From a virus, in the IMG/VR virus record IMGVR_UViG_3300045988_172839, positions 96,001-160,000 of that record: DNA of 64,000 nucleotides. One strand, given 5' to 3'. The notes beneath the pieces were generated by a model, which searched no databases, was not told the origin of the DNA, and saw nothing but the letters and a program-made list of their open reading frames with translations. Positions within the stretch are counted from its first letter, which is position 1, and each line of letters opens with the position of its first letter. The translations under genes were made by a program, and so were the position numbers. Below, piece after piece: positions 35,618 to 44,387 of this stretch.

Positions 35618-35940
35618 TTACTATCTCTCCTAGAAACTAACCAATGGACTCCAAGTATAGAAAATACAACTAAGCTATAAAAGTAGTCAAACACCACAAT
35701 TTTAAGGTTTGAGACCTCAAATTGTAAAAGCGCAAAATCTATTACAATCAAAATAAGACATAATATACACAAAAACCAAAAAGCAAAACTTAAAAAAGGT
35801 CGATGTTTATTATAGGTTGAAAATCTACCAAGTCTAAGATACCGCTGACTTGCTGCGATTAAACTATATAACCAAATACAAGTCAGAAAACTGGATAAAA
35901 CAAAATAAAACATAACTAATACCTTTAATCTAAACCCCAA
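35614..35940 (-). CDS. small multi-pass membrane protein (108 aa)
   Basis: three hydrophobic helices. Confidence 0.55.
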   Translation of the reverse strand: MGFRLKVLVMFYFVLSSFLTCIWLYSLIAASQRYLRLGRFSTYNKHRPFLSFAFWFLCILCLILIVIDFALLQFEVSNLKIVVFDYFYSLVVFSILGVHWLVSRRDSK

Positions 35941-36257
35941 TGTCCTCTAACGTATCTCCAAATAACACAGAAAATTAAAGTAGATATAAGTGCGTAAATG
36001 TAACCAACTACATCAAACCATTTAGAGGATAAAGACGAAATCACACCTAACCCGATAATTAATCCAACCCCTACTTCCATTGTGAAATCTGAAATTGCAT
36101 TCAAGTCACTGTCTTTCAATTTAATACTACTACGAAGTGAGGGAACAAAGAGAGGAACCCAAAAATATAGCACGTGGAAAATCCAAAGACTAGCAAAACC
36201 AATGAGTAATCCTAAGTTAAAAATGTTATTTAGCTCTGGGTTGAAATTCATAATCAA
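35925..36257 (-). CDS. small multi-pass membrane protein (110 aa)
   Basis: three or four hydrophobic helices. Confidence 0.55.
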   Translation of the reverse strand: MIMNFNPELNNIFNLGLLIGFASLWIFHVLYFWVPLFVPSLRSSIKLKDSDLNAISDFTMEVGVGLIIGLGVISSLSSKWFDVVGYIYALISTLIFCVIWRYVRGHWGLD

Positions 36258-36266
36258 ATCCTTTCT

Positions 36267-36503
36267 CTAAATCAACTCAATAGAGAGAACTACAAAATTT
36301 GGTTGTAGACCTTCAAAATCTCGAAGAATATATGTTACTTTAACATAAACAGAACGTCCTGTGTAAGAACCCTCCGTATATTCCATCAACTTTAAAATAT
36401 CTCCAACTTGAAAGTTTCTATCGTTGTAACGCACCTCGAAAGATTTTTCTTTAGTGACTACTTTCTCAAAGTAGTTAGGAGCAATTTTTAACTCATGTAC
36501 CAT
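36267..36503 (-). CDS. DUF3850 / ASCH-like domain protein
   Basis: HELKIAPNYFEKVVTKEKSFEVRYNDRNFQVGDILKLMEY...YTGRS matches the DUF3850 pattern as I recall it. Confidence 0.6.
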   Translation of the reverse strand: MVHELKIAPNYFEKVVTKEKSFEVRYNDRNFQVGDILKLMEYTEGSYTGRSVYVKVTYILRDFEGLQPNFVVLSIELI

Positions 36504-36523
36504 GCCTGAAATACCTACCTTTC

Positions 36524-36859
36524 TTATATAAAGAAATAAGCTGCTTTACCTATTGTTTTCTTAAGTGTGTTAAAACCATAAGTCCTGTAACTCCTAGACC
36601 ACATTTCAGCAATATCAAGCAAAATCAACAATGCGGATACCCAAATATGGAAATTGGAAAGTTCAGTTAAAGACTGAAACTCAAAGAAAACGACAAAATA
36701 AAACAAAGCTAACAGTGACTTTAAGGTAAACCGAACTTTGCTAAAATAACAAAAGTAACTTTTAGTGTCTGGCCAAAGTGCAAAAGTAAAGCACACAAGA
36801 TAAAAGAAAGCGACAACTGTTAGGTGGATTGCTCTTAGTAATAAAAACCAAGTAAGCAT
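36524..36859 (-). CDS. small multi-pass membrane protein
   Basis: likely start ATG 36859 (MLTWFLLL) with AGGGAG RBS; three or four hydrophobic helices. Confidence 0.55.
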   Translation of the reverse strand: MLTWFLLLRAIHLTVVAFFYLVCFTFALWPDTKSYFCYFSKVRFTLKSLLALFYFVVFFEFQSLTELSNFHIWVSALLILLDIAEMWSRSYRTYGFNTLKKTIGKAAYFFI

Positions 36860-36872
36860 TAAATCTCCCTTT

Positions 36873-37214
36873 CTAAAACTTAACAGACTCTTTAAATTCC
36901 TTTGGAAAAACCTTAGAAACATATAAATTAAAGAGGTTCATAAAATCAATTTCAACATTACCGTAAAAGTCTCTTCGAGTATCATCACCAAATAGTATGT
37001 ATAAGAAAGCAACGCAAAACATACTAGAACAGTAAATTAGTAAAAGTACCAACCCAAGCATTAAAAAGTTATAGGTAAATGAAACCTCTATAAATAAAGA
37101 GCTTGATTTAACTAAGAGAGTTAAAATAAAGTAAGAAAGTAAAGCACCCAAAAAGGAACCTACTAAAGAAGTCTTGAAAGCGTTAAACCTATGTTTTAAA
37201 TATTCTCTGGACAA
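36873..37214 (-). CDS. small multi-pass membrane protein
   Basis: probable TTG start at 37214 with GGAG RBS, one nt after the upstream TAA; hydrophobic helices. Confidence 0.45.
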   Translation of the reverse strand: MSREYLKHRFNAFKTSLVGSFLGALLSYFILTLLVKSSSLFIEVSFTYNFLMLGLVLLLIYCSSMFCVAFLYILFGDDTRRDFYGNVEIDFMNLFNLYVSKVFPKEFKESVKF

Positions 37215-37215
37215 T

Positions 37216-37419
37216 TTAATTACTCCAATCGTAAGGTTCAGCCGTATCAAATTCTGCAACCAACTGAGGATACCCCATCTCTGTTTTTATAGCTCCGTTT
37301 ACAAGCCCAAACAAGTTTAGACGACCATCTTCTGAATCATCAAATCCTGAAATCTTTACTTCCACAGAACTTGTTGGTGGAAATTGCGACAAGTACGCAA
37401 TCAATTCTGAAACAGTCAT
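37216..37419 (-). CDS. hypothetical protein (67 aa)
   Basis: ATG ORF overlapping the upstream stop by 1 nt. Confidence 0.55.
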   Translation of the reverse strand: MTVSELIAYLSQFPPTSSVEVKISGFDDSEDGRLNLFGLVNGAIKTEMGYPQLVAEFDTAEPYDWSN

Positions 37420-37856
37420 TATACTTCACCCTCCTGTTTAATCAACAACTCCAAATACTTGTCAATAATCTCAACACACTCTTTGAAAATACGCTCATTA
37501 TCTAAACTCATTGTCAATGTTTGAGCTGTTCTCAAAACACCTAATTGTTCTTCTGACAAATCTGAAAAGTTCTCTTTGTTTACTTCAGGTGCTAACTCTA
37601 AATACTCAGAAGCGCTTAATTTAGGAGCGCAGAGAGCAAGGTACTTATAAGAGGCTTTGGCTTTTCTCAACCAAATACGAGCTTTTTCTAAGTCTTGGAT
37701 ACCACCTTTATGCTTGTAACGAATCACATATTCTGTAACTGTAGCAATCATATGAGGAAAGCAAGAATACAAAGAAAAATCCCAAGACTCAATTTTATTT
37801 TGTGTATAGCGAGAAGGGTTTACCAACTCTTCATTTTCAACATACTTCTTAGTCAT
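37419..37856 (-). CDS. DUF3310 domain protein (phage-associated family)
   Basis: NPSRYTQNKIESWDF...VTEYVIRYKHKGGIQDLEKARIWLRK fits the DUF3310 pattern HY..g.iE..d....KY..R...K....DL.KA. Confidence 0.6.
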   Translation of the reverse strand: MTKKYVENEELVNPSRYTQNKIESWDFSLYSCFPHMIATVTEYVIRYKHKGGIQDLEKARIWLRKAKASYKYLALCAPKLSASEYLELAPEVNKENFSDLSEEQLGVLRTAQTLTMSLDNERIFKECVEIIDKYLELLIKQEGEV

Positions 37857-37887
37857 AGTGTCTAAACCACCTATCTAAATTTAATTT

Positions 37888-37916
37888 ATTATAGCACAAA
37901 ACTCCTTGAAAGTCAA
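37888..37916 (-). promoter_or_regulatory. sigma-A-type promoter
   Basis: TTGACT-17-(TGc)TATAAT; the -35 sits at the top of hairpin 37899-37923. Confidence 0.6.
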
Positions 37917-37923
37917 GGAGTTT
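37899..37923 (-). terminator. hairpin overlapping a promoter
   Basis: AAACTCCTTGA-ctt-TCAAGGAGTTT, an 11-bp stem followed by TTG. Confidence 0.5.
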
Positions 37924-37929
37924 GCTGAT

Positions 37930-38193
37930 TTAGTAATAAAAATCACCATAACGTTCTTTGTAAGGATCAGACCAAGAAATAACTCTAGCTTTTGCAATTT
38001 GAGACTCGAAGTTCAAGGAAAGTAACCATTCACCTGACGGATACGCAAAGTACATAGGGGAATCTTTATCAACGACTACAACTTGACAACCATAGCGTTC
38101 ACTGTAACCAAATTGGAGGACTTCTTGAGTGGAATATTGAATTTCTCCACCTTTTGTTTTATATTTTATCTCAATGTAGGAACCGACTATCAT
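37930..38193 (-). CDS. hypothetical protein (87 aa)
   Basis: ATG ORF directly downstream of the DHFR gene. Confidence 0.6.
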   Translation of the reverse strand: MIVGSYIEIKYKTKGGEIQYSTQEVLQFGYSERYGCQVVVVDKDSPMYFAYPSGEWLLSLNFESQIAKARVISWSDPYKERYGDFYY

Positions 38194-38195
38194 AA

Positions 38196-38696
38196 CTATA
38201 CCCTTTCATAGTGTTCAACCACAAAATCAAACTCATTTTGATTATCTTTCTCATAAACCGTGCTAGAAATTAAAGAAAAATTAGAAAAGTCAAAGTCTTT
38301 AGGGAAATAAGTACCCCCATCTACTTCAGCTTGAACTTGTGTAATAACCAACTCATCTACATAAGGTTCAAATAGTTTATAAACTTGACTGCCACCTACG
38401 ATATATAGGGTCTTATCTTGATTTTTATACCAATCCAAAACTTCTTCTATACGTGTTACAATAGTTGCACCGTATACTTGGTAGTCCGATTGTGTAGTCA
38501 AAATCAAAATTTCTCTGTTAGGGAGAAGTCTTTTGTTCATACCCCCAAATGTGACTCGTCCCATTAAAATAGCTTGATTTAGTGTTGTCTCTTTAAAATG
38601 CTTAAGATCTTTTGGTAAGTACCAAGGCAAGTGATTATCTTTACCGATGATACCGCTTTTGTCTTGCGCCCAAATTGCTACGAGTTTCTTGTTCAT
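38196..38696 (-). CDS. folA: dihydrofolate reductase
   Basis: LVAIWAQDKSGIIGKDNHLPWYLPKDLKHFKETTLNQAILMGRVTF and LYIVGGSQVYKLF are classic DHFR motifs; 166 aa. Confidence 0.9.
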   Translation of the reverse strand: MNKKLVAIWAQDKSGIIGKDNHLPWYLPKDLKHFKETTLNQAILMGRVTFGGMNKRLLPNREILILTTQSDYQVYGATIVTRIEEVLDWYKNQDKTLYIVGGSQVYKLFEPYVDELVITQVQAEVDGGTYFPKDFDFSNFSLISSTVYEKDNQNEFDFVVEHYERV

Positions 38697-38724
38697 CTTT
38701 TCCTTTCCAAATAAAACCTTCTAA

Positions 38725-38822
38725 AACACCCTCTGTTCCAGTTTAAATTCAAACTTTATAAGTTATCGAATTTAGATTTAAAATCGAAACTGGGGCAATC
38801 TGAGCGGTTTTAGAGGGGTGTT
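38725..38822 (-). promoter_or_regulatory. ~98-nt nested hairpin upstream of the DHFR gene, containing a weak promoter-like sequence
   Basis: outer stem 38725-38734 / 38812-38822 (aacaccctct / agaggggtgtt), inner stem 38738-38744 / 38787-38793 (ccagttt / aaactgg); on the minus strand it is followed by TTTT; interior carries TTCGAT-17-TAACTT. Confidence 0.4.
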
Positions 38823-38827
38823 TTCTA

Positions 38828-39292
38828 TTATCGTTTATTTGCCAAATGAAAATCAATCAAATCATTTAGAGAGGTAAATAATGTTTCTTCATAAATATAA
38901 TACTCAGCAAGCGTTTCATGGTTTAATTGCTCATAAAGATAGTCTAGGAAACCTGTTGCAGCTACATCGTTGTCTGTATAAGCTTGAGAAATAGTAAATT
39001 TGTCGATACCGTAGATAAAGAGGTTACGCTCCGACATACGTTCATCTACTTTTATACTTTCACGTCTTAGAAAGACTAGTTTCACTGCAAATTCTCTATC
39101 GGTGTAATCATCTGTGGGTAACATGTGTCCAATATTGTTTGAGAAGTAATAAACTTGTGTATCTTCATTAACCCCACCACTAGCAACTTTTAGTAAAGTT
39201 AAACCCTCATTCAAAATACTATTGGCAACCAACTCTGTCACTGCTTGGGATACAACAAAATTATTTACATTAGTTCTATTAGTCTCTAACAT
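38828..39292 (-). CDS. hypothetical protein
   Basis: likely start ATG 39292 (MLETNRTN) with GAGGTGG RBS; promoter 39322-39350. Confidence 0.6.
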   Translation of the reverse strand: MLETNRTNVNNFVVSQAVTELVANSILNEGLTLLKVASGGVNEDTQVYYFSNNIGHMLPTDDYTDREFAVKLVFLRRESIKVDERMSERNLFIYGIDKFTISQAYTDNDVAATGFLDYLYEQLNHETLAEYYIYEETLFTSLNDLIDFHLANKR

Positions 39293-39321
39293 ATATTCCA
39301 CCTCAAAATTTTCTTGTATTT

Positions 39322-39350
39322 AGTATAGCAAAAGAAACTTTATTTGTCAA
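39322..39350 (-). promoter_or_regulatory. sigma-A-type promoter
   Basis: TTGACA-17-(TGc)TATACT. Confidence 0.7.
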
Positions 39351-39370
39351 GTAAGCATAGAACATAAAAA

Positions 39371-39400
39371 TCAAAAGAACCCCAACCGAAGTTGAAGTTC
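39371..39400 (-). terminator. intrinsic terminator, UUCG loop
   Basis: GAACUUCAAC-UUCG-GUUGGGGUUC then TTTTGATTTT. Confidence 0.75.
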
Positions 39401-39415
39401 TCTAGCAAGAAAAAC

Positions 39416-39625
39416 CTATCTAAGTTCTCTCACTTCAAGCGCCAAATTCCGATTCCAATCGAAAATTCTCTGTGCTTGTCCTTCTGCGCTTGACTTCATC
39501 TTCCAAAAGCGAATAGAATGCAAATCACGTGTGAACTCAATGTCATAACTTTTAGTCTTACGATTGAAAGCTACATAAGACACATATAGATCGTTACTTG
39601 GATTATATAAAGCAAAATTTCGCAT
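39416..39625 (-). CDS. hypothetical protein (69 aa)
   Basis: ATG ORF followed by UUCG-loop terminator. Confidence 0.55.
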   Translation of the reverse strand: MRNFALYNPSNDLYVSYVAFNRKTKSYDIEFTRDLHSIRFWKMKSSAEGQAQRIFDWNRNLALEVRELR

Positions 39626-39645
39626 GGGGATACACTCCTAAGTTT

Positions 39646-39924
39646 CTAATTTGTATCAAAACGAAGAACGTGGTTTTCGTAAGTTTGAAGCTCTAAATGG
39701 TCATTGTAATTATCTTTCAAGACATAACCATCTAATTTAACCGCTCTATCCAAGAACTCTTTCAATTCAGACTTCTTCTTCACATAGATTGTGTATCTAG
39801 GAGAAATGGCAAATCCTACTCCCATTTGCCCTGTAATTGCGAACTTACGACCATCTTCCAAAATCACAAATTGGACAAAATCATAACCATAAGTGGTTTC
39901 AAAACGAAATTGAATGTTGTTCAT
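39646..39924 (-). CDS. hypothetical protein, paralog of 39945..40208
   Basis: shares DFVQFVILEDGRKFAITG / HYVQAVILPDGRKLVITG with its neighbour. Confidence 0.65.
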   Translation of the reverse strand: MNNIQFRFETTYGYDFVQFVILEDGRKFAITGQMGVGFAISPRYTIYVKKKSELKEFLDRAVKLDGYVLKDNYNDHLELQTYENHVLRFDTN

Positions 39925-39944
39925 GTTTTACCTACTTTCTTTGT

Positions 39945-40208
39945 TTAATCCCAAGGCATTGTTTGGTCAATAGCTTTCAATTCCTCATAAAATTGAGAGC
40001 CATTTACTTCCTGATACCCCCAAGTAGTTAGGTCTTTAACAACCCATGACAAATCTGACTTCTTCGCTACTGTAATCTCAGAAAAAGCTGAAATTGGCGC
40101 GCCTGCTCCATAAGAAGTACCTGTAATCACTAACTTACGACCGTCTGGGAGAATGACTGCTTGTACATAATGATCTTTGTATTTTAATCTAATTCCTCTT
40201 GTTGTCAT
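39945..40208 (-). CDS. hypothetical protein, paralog of 39646..39924
   Basis: see the partner entry. Confidence 0.65.
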   Translation of the reverse strand: MTTRGIRLKYKDHYVQAVILPDGRKLVITGTSYGAGAPISAFSEITVAKKSDLSWVVKDLTTWGYQEVNGSQFYEELKAIDQTMPWD

Positions 40209-40227
40209 TTGTTTTCCTACTTTCTAT

Positions 40228-40653
40228 CTAATCTTCCCAATAAACAAAACTTCTCAAATTGAGATACAACGCATCTCTAAAAGCTACTACGCGACTTTGA
40301 CTTGAGATACCAAGAATTAAATCTACCAAACTCGTTTTGACTCCACTCAAAGGTATATCTACTTTTCGGTTTGTTTTAGTCTTATCTACATAGTATAAAT
40401 GTACCCAAGGGGCATCTTCTTTGATATAAACTTGAATAGTGAAGGGTTGAAGAGCTTGATTATCTAATGTAACCAAATCCATGTACAGAGCGTTTTCGCT
40501 CTGTGAAGTGCGATATGTTAAACCTAAACGAGAAGATCCTTTTACAAGTCTTCGAATATCAACAGGTAGACCGTGTTTCGCCATAGACTGACAAACCGTA
40601 AACAATTCTTCTAAGAGAGCTTGTCTCTCTTTATTTTTAAACAAAGTTTCCAT
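40228..40653 (-). CDS. small paralog family, group 2 (loose member)
   Basis: start ATG 40653 (METLFKNKERQALLEELF) with AAAGGTG RBS; N-terminal K.(R/Q)..L..L helix and C-terminal VVAFRDALYLNL helix as in groups 3 and 4. Confidence 0.55.
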   Translation of the reverse strand: METLFKNKERQALLEELFTVCQSMAKHGLPVDIRRLVKGSSRLGLTYRTSQSENALYMDLVTLDNQALQPFTIQVYIKEDAPWVHLYYVDKTKTNRKVDIPLSGVKTSLVDLILGISSQSRVVAFRDALYLNLRSFVYWED

Positions 40654-40665
40654 ACTTAACACCTT

Positions 40666-41121
40666 TCAACAATAATCTTGAATAGCTGTCAAACCTAACC
40701 AATACGCTAAAACTAGGTCTTTCTTACGAATATAAGGTAACAACTGTTTAGTGAACATAGTTGGACTCATTTGTAAATCATCCCAATCACAACGAAGACT
40801 GAAAGACTTACCAAACCAAATTTCTCCAGTTTCTTTAAACGGACGACTTGTAAGCTCTACAACTTGTCTGCTACCACCAAATTTATCAACTTTGATATTG
40901 TGGTAGTCAACCCCAACTGTATCTTGCAAGGTAAAAGAAATCGTCCCCTCAGAGCAACCTACCCAAATCAAATATTCACCTCTGGAGGGGGAGGAGATAC
41001 CAGTAGGGAATTTACCCATAGGATAAGTAGATTGACCCTCTAAATACTTCAAGAAGAAATTTAGTTTCTCTACTACCAACTCTTCGAGTTGGTCTCTTTT
41101 TAGTCCTTTGTATTTACTCAA
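40666..41121 (-). CDS. small paralog family, group 2 (loose member)
   Basis: MSKYKGLKRDQLEELVVEKL N-terminus, LVLAYWLGLTAI C-terminus. Confidence 0.5.
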   Translation of the reverse strand: MSKYKGLKRDQLEELVVEKLNFFLKYLEGQSTYPMGKFPTGISSPSRGEYLIWVGCSEGTISFTLQDTVGVDYHNIKVDKFGGSRQVVELTSRPFKETGEIWFGKSFSLRCDWDDLQMSPTMFTKQLLPYIRKKDLVLAYWLGLTAIQDYC

Positions 41122-41584
41122 ATCTTATCTCCTCAACTACATCAAAACCGAAACCCGAAGAACGAACACCTAAATTTAAGCACTCAACTTGTTTAAGGGT
41201 TGCTACATTTTCAACTAGAGAAGTTAAAATATGGTTTAAATCATAATCAAGTAAGTTGGGGAGGTAATACTCATTTGAAACACGCTTTCGTTTTCCTGTT
41301 TTAGTATTACATGACACACTTTCAAACGTACCTCTATCCAATTCCTTGTCGAAATAAATCAGTATTTCATGAATCAAGTCGGTATCTAAGTTTGTCTCAA
41401 TCGTGTTTTTCAAGAGTCTTAGTCGAAATACAGAATCTTTTAGTAGAATTTGAGTTTTATACCTGACTGAGACTTGGGATACCGAACTCATAGGTTTAAT
41501 TTCAGCACCACTTACAAGTAACTTAAACCCCTGATATAAATAGTACCAAAATTCTGTTGTCTGCTTGTTAGTTAATCTATTCAT
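41114..41584 (-). CDS. hypothetical protein (156 aa)
   Basis: ATG ORF in the same array; family membership uncertain. Confidence 0.55.
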   Translation of the reverse strand: MNRLTNKQTTEFWYYLYQGFKLLVSGAEIKPMSSVSQVSVRYKTQILLKDSVFRLRLLKNTIETNLDTDLIHEILIYFDKELDRGTFESVSCNTKTGKRKRVSNEYYLPNLLDYDLNHILTSLVENVATLKQVECLNLGVRSSGFGFDVVEEIRFE

Positions 41585-41616
41585 TGCACTTAAACCTCAA
41601 CTATATCTTTCTTAGT

Positions 41617-42087
41617 TCAATCCTTATCGTAATCTTTAAAATCAAACCCATACATTTTGTCGATTACATCTCTCTTAGTTTTAAAATTTCTGTAATAGCA
41701 CGTAATTCTCTTACCTCTATTAGTTACATTGATAAACCTATATTTACTTAAGTCCAATGTATCTAAGTATGACAACAAATGGTCTAAGTAGTTCTCAATA
41801 AACCATACAAAGTCTTGCTTACTTGCCTTAATGTTGACAATCAAATATCCCTCATAAATATCGTGGTATTGATTATCCGCAGAATGGTTAGACAAGCGAA
41901 CTTGGTAGTAATCATAGTTCTTATAGGCACTGTCTAAATGACTAGAGATAGACCAACCGTGCTGAGAAAGTTCATCAAAAGCTTGACTCAACTCATCCAT
42001 AGCTTGTTCGTATTCCCTACGTTGAGTATCACTTCTATTAAAACTACGTTTTCTATAAGCGTTATATCTGCTTTTTCCATAAGCCAT
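41617..42087 (-). CDS. hypothetical protein
   Basis: start ATG 42087 (MAYGKSRYNAYRKR) with GGAGG RBS; basic N-terminus. Confidence 0.55.
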   Translation of the reverse strand: MAYGKSRYNAYRKRSFNRSDTQRREYEQAMDELSQAFDELSQHGWSISSHLDSAYKNYDYYQVRLSNHSADNQYHDIYEGYLIVNIKASKQDFVWFIENYLDHLLSYLDTLDLSKYRFINVTNRGKRITCYYRNFKTKRDVIDKMYGFDFKDYDKD

Positions 42088-42108
42088 ATTTACCTCCAAA
42101 ATTTAAAC

Positions 42109-42522
42109 TTAATCTTCCAAAGCACTCAAGAAACAAGCTACTTGAAAATCCGTAGAAATCGACTCTACCAAAATCTCAAAACCACGTGTAAATTGTGGAG
42201 TTCCTTTTGCTGCATATTGGACAATATGCTCCAAAGTTTTAGCTGGTAACTCACTTTCTGGTCTATAAAGACTACCTGAGAAGAAAACATCTAAGTCTGA
42301 AGATACCGAAATGTGTAAATCATGAACTCGTTTACCTGATTTCTTATTTTCCAACGAAAGGTAAACTAAGTCTTTTGCAAGTTCTACATAAACTAAGTAT
42401 CTATCAGAAACCTCGATTGTTTCTCCGCTAACTTCATCTGCTAAACCAATAACCTTATCAAAGGTTTTCTCCAAGGTTTGTTGGAGTTGTTGTCTTTTAG
42501 TGTTGCTCATCTTCTTGCTCAC
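42109..42522 (-). CDS. small paralog family, group 2 (loose member)
   Basis: TKRQQLQQTLEKTFDKV N-terminus, QVACFLSALED C-terminus. Confidence 0.5.
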   Translation of the reverse strand: MSKKMSNTKRQQLQQTLEKTFDKVIGLADEVSGETIEVSDRYLVYVELAKDLVYLSLENKKSGKRVHDLHISVSSDLDVFFSGSLYRPESELPAKTLEHIVQYAAKGTPQFTRGFEILVESISTDFQVACFLSALED

Positions 42523-43489
42523 TTTCTAAAGCTATTTTAATCTGCTCCGCAATCCTTGATACCACCGGTACCGCAACGCTATTCCCCACTTGTTTGTACA
42601 AGTGACTATTTGCCATTTTCTCTGGGAACTTATACGAACGAGGGAACCCTTGAGTGTTAAAGCACTCTCTTGGAGTCATTTTCCGAATATCACCACCAAA
42701 GGTACGAATAATAGGTACAATGTTACCACCCATACCCATTCCTGCCATCAGAGTAGGTACTACTCCACTCTTATTTTCACGGACATATTGACCTCTTCTG
42801 TACTCATAAATTGAATTACTAGAAGTAATCTCAGAGTCTAATAAAGGATAGTAGTGCTTATCTTCACGGTAATAAAAGACCTCATCTACTGGGTTTTCAA
42901 AGTCAATTACATCATGAATCCTAACTGTTAAAGATATTTCTTCTGGGAAAACAAATCTATCGGAAACTTCTTTATCTCTGAAACCGACTATGTAAATACG
43001 TTCTCTACCCTGAGGGATATTGCCATACTTAGCTGCGTTTAAAACTTTATAATGAACATAGTAACCTAAGTCCTCCAAAGTCTGCAAAATCACTTTAAAT
43101 GTATTTCCTTTATTGTGACTAACTAGGTTCTTTACATTTTCTAAGAAAATTACTTTAGGTTCCTTTTCTTCAATAATGCGAGCTAACTCAAAGAATAAAT
43201 TTCCTCTACCTTTCTCATCATGGAAACCTTGTTAATACCCCGTTATGGAGAACGCTTGGCAAGGAAAACCACCCATAATAACATCAACATTTGGAATATC
43301 TGAGGCTGAAACTTCTTTAATGTCTCTACCATCCAACTGAACATGAGGAAAGTTTAAAGCAAAAGTTTCTCTCGCTTTTTCATCAAATTCATTTGCGTAG
43401 ATTGTTTTAAACCCTTGTTCTTCAAACCCTAAATCAATACCTCCTACTCCTGCAAAGAAGGAAGCACACGTTAATTCTAAACTGCTCAA
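42497..43489 (-). pseudogene. DNA (cytosine-5) methyltransferase interrupted by one in-frame TAA
   Basis: FFAGVGGIDLGF (motif I), GGFPCQAFSITGY, then TAA (43232-43234), then in the same frame QGFHDEKGRGNLFFELARIIEEKEPKVIFLENVKNL...PQGRERIYIVGF...YKQVGNSVAVPV. The stop sits where the intact paralog has R/K (SIAGQRKGFED). Confidence 0.8.
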
Positions 43490-43503
43490 AATTTACCCCT
43501 AAT

Positions 43504-43908
43504 CTAATTTGTGTAAGCCAACAAAACCTTTAACCCTTTGATAAAGGCATCAACAAAGGCTACTGTAGGTATATTCTCTATGTAGTTGCGAATGATGGAT
43601 AACGAGAGGTTGTCATATCTTTCGTAAGGTATCCTATTAGAAATCTCTGTTTTAGGGTAACTATTGCTTGTAATGTACCAACCATTTAATCGCTCTACCT
43701 TGTAATCGTAAGCATTGAATGAAATACTATGTGATTTCTGTCCCATACGAACTACAATTCCTAAGTAAGTCCAAGGCGTATCTTGAACCTCAAAATAAGT
43801 ATTATCCGAAACTTTGAACAAACCATACACTTTAGCACCTGTGCTATGTAGCTGATGTAGCCGATACAGTAACTCTGCTAATAAATCTTTCTTTTCACCA
43901 ACAACCAT
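43504..43908 (-). CDS. small paralog family, group 3 member
   Basis: EKKDLLAELLYRLHQL N-terminus, VAFVDAFIKGLKVLL C-terminus. Confidence 0.6.
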   Translation of the reverse strand: MVVGEKKDLLAELLYRLHQLHSTGAKVYGLFKVSDNTYFEVQDTPWTYLGIVVRMGQKSHSISFNAYDYKVERLNGWYITSNSYPKTEISNRIPYERYDNLSLSIIRNYIENIPTVAFVDAFIKGLKVLLAYTN

Positions 43909-43949
43909 TCATCTGACCTCTAAAACTTCAAATTTAACTGATCTTGTAA

Positions 43950-44372
43950 CTACCACTTAACCATATCATTTGTCAAAACAACTAAATCTAAAGAAGTACA
44001 CAAGTTTGTAAGGCGTTCTTTAGATGTAATTGAGTTCACAATCGCATCTAACTCAGAACCACCCAAAATCAAACTATTTTTATTTACAAAGATAGTAAAC
44101 ATAGTAGAAGTATCTATTTTATTGTTAAGATGAGACCAACCACTCACGCTATATACATCCCCATAGTCATCCACAGAGAAGTAATAAGCAAGGTTATCTT
44201 TACAATAAAGCCCAACATAAAACCCTTTAAGATGAGTTTTATAAGAAAGTGTATATTTTCTATTGTTTAAAGGTCTTTGCGTGTCCTCATAAGATACAAA
44301 TTTGGACACTTCTTCTAGTATGTTCTCAACTGATCTTTTAAGACGTTTCACTTCTTTATCTGTAAACTTCAT
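43950..44372 (-). CDS. small paralog family, group 3 member (close paralog of 44873..45310)
   Basis: RPLNNRKYTLSY / LPLNNQKYTYSY and SITSKERLTNLCTSL / SISSKERFINLYTAL. Confidence 0.7.
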   Translation of the reverse strand: MKFTDKEVKRLKRSVENILEEVSKFVSYEDTQRPLNNRKYTLSYKTHLKGFYVGLYCKDNLAYYFSVDDYGDVYSVSGWSHLNNKIDTSTMFTIFVNKNSLILGGSELDAIVNSITSKERLTNLCTSLDLVVLTNDMVKW

Positions 44373-44387
44373 ATTTTAACCTCTCTC

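Noticed and set aside
38697-38827. A folate (THF) riboswitch upstream of the DHFR gene
   Set aside because: I cannot match the sequence to a riboswitch consensus by eye, and its conserved segment also precedes unrelated genes (26444-26559, 2255-2419). A shared promoter, operator or repeat is more likely.
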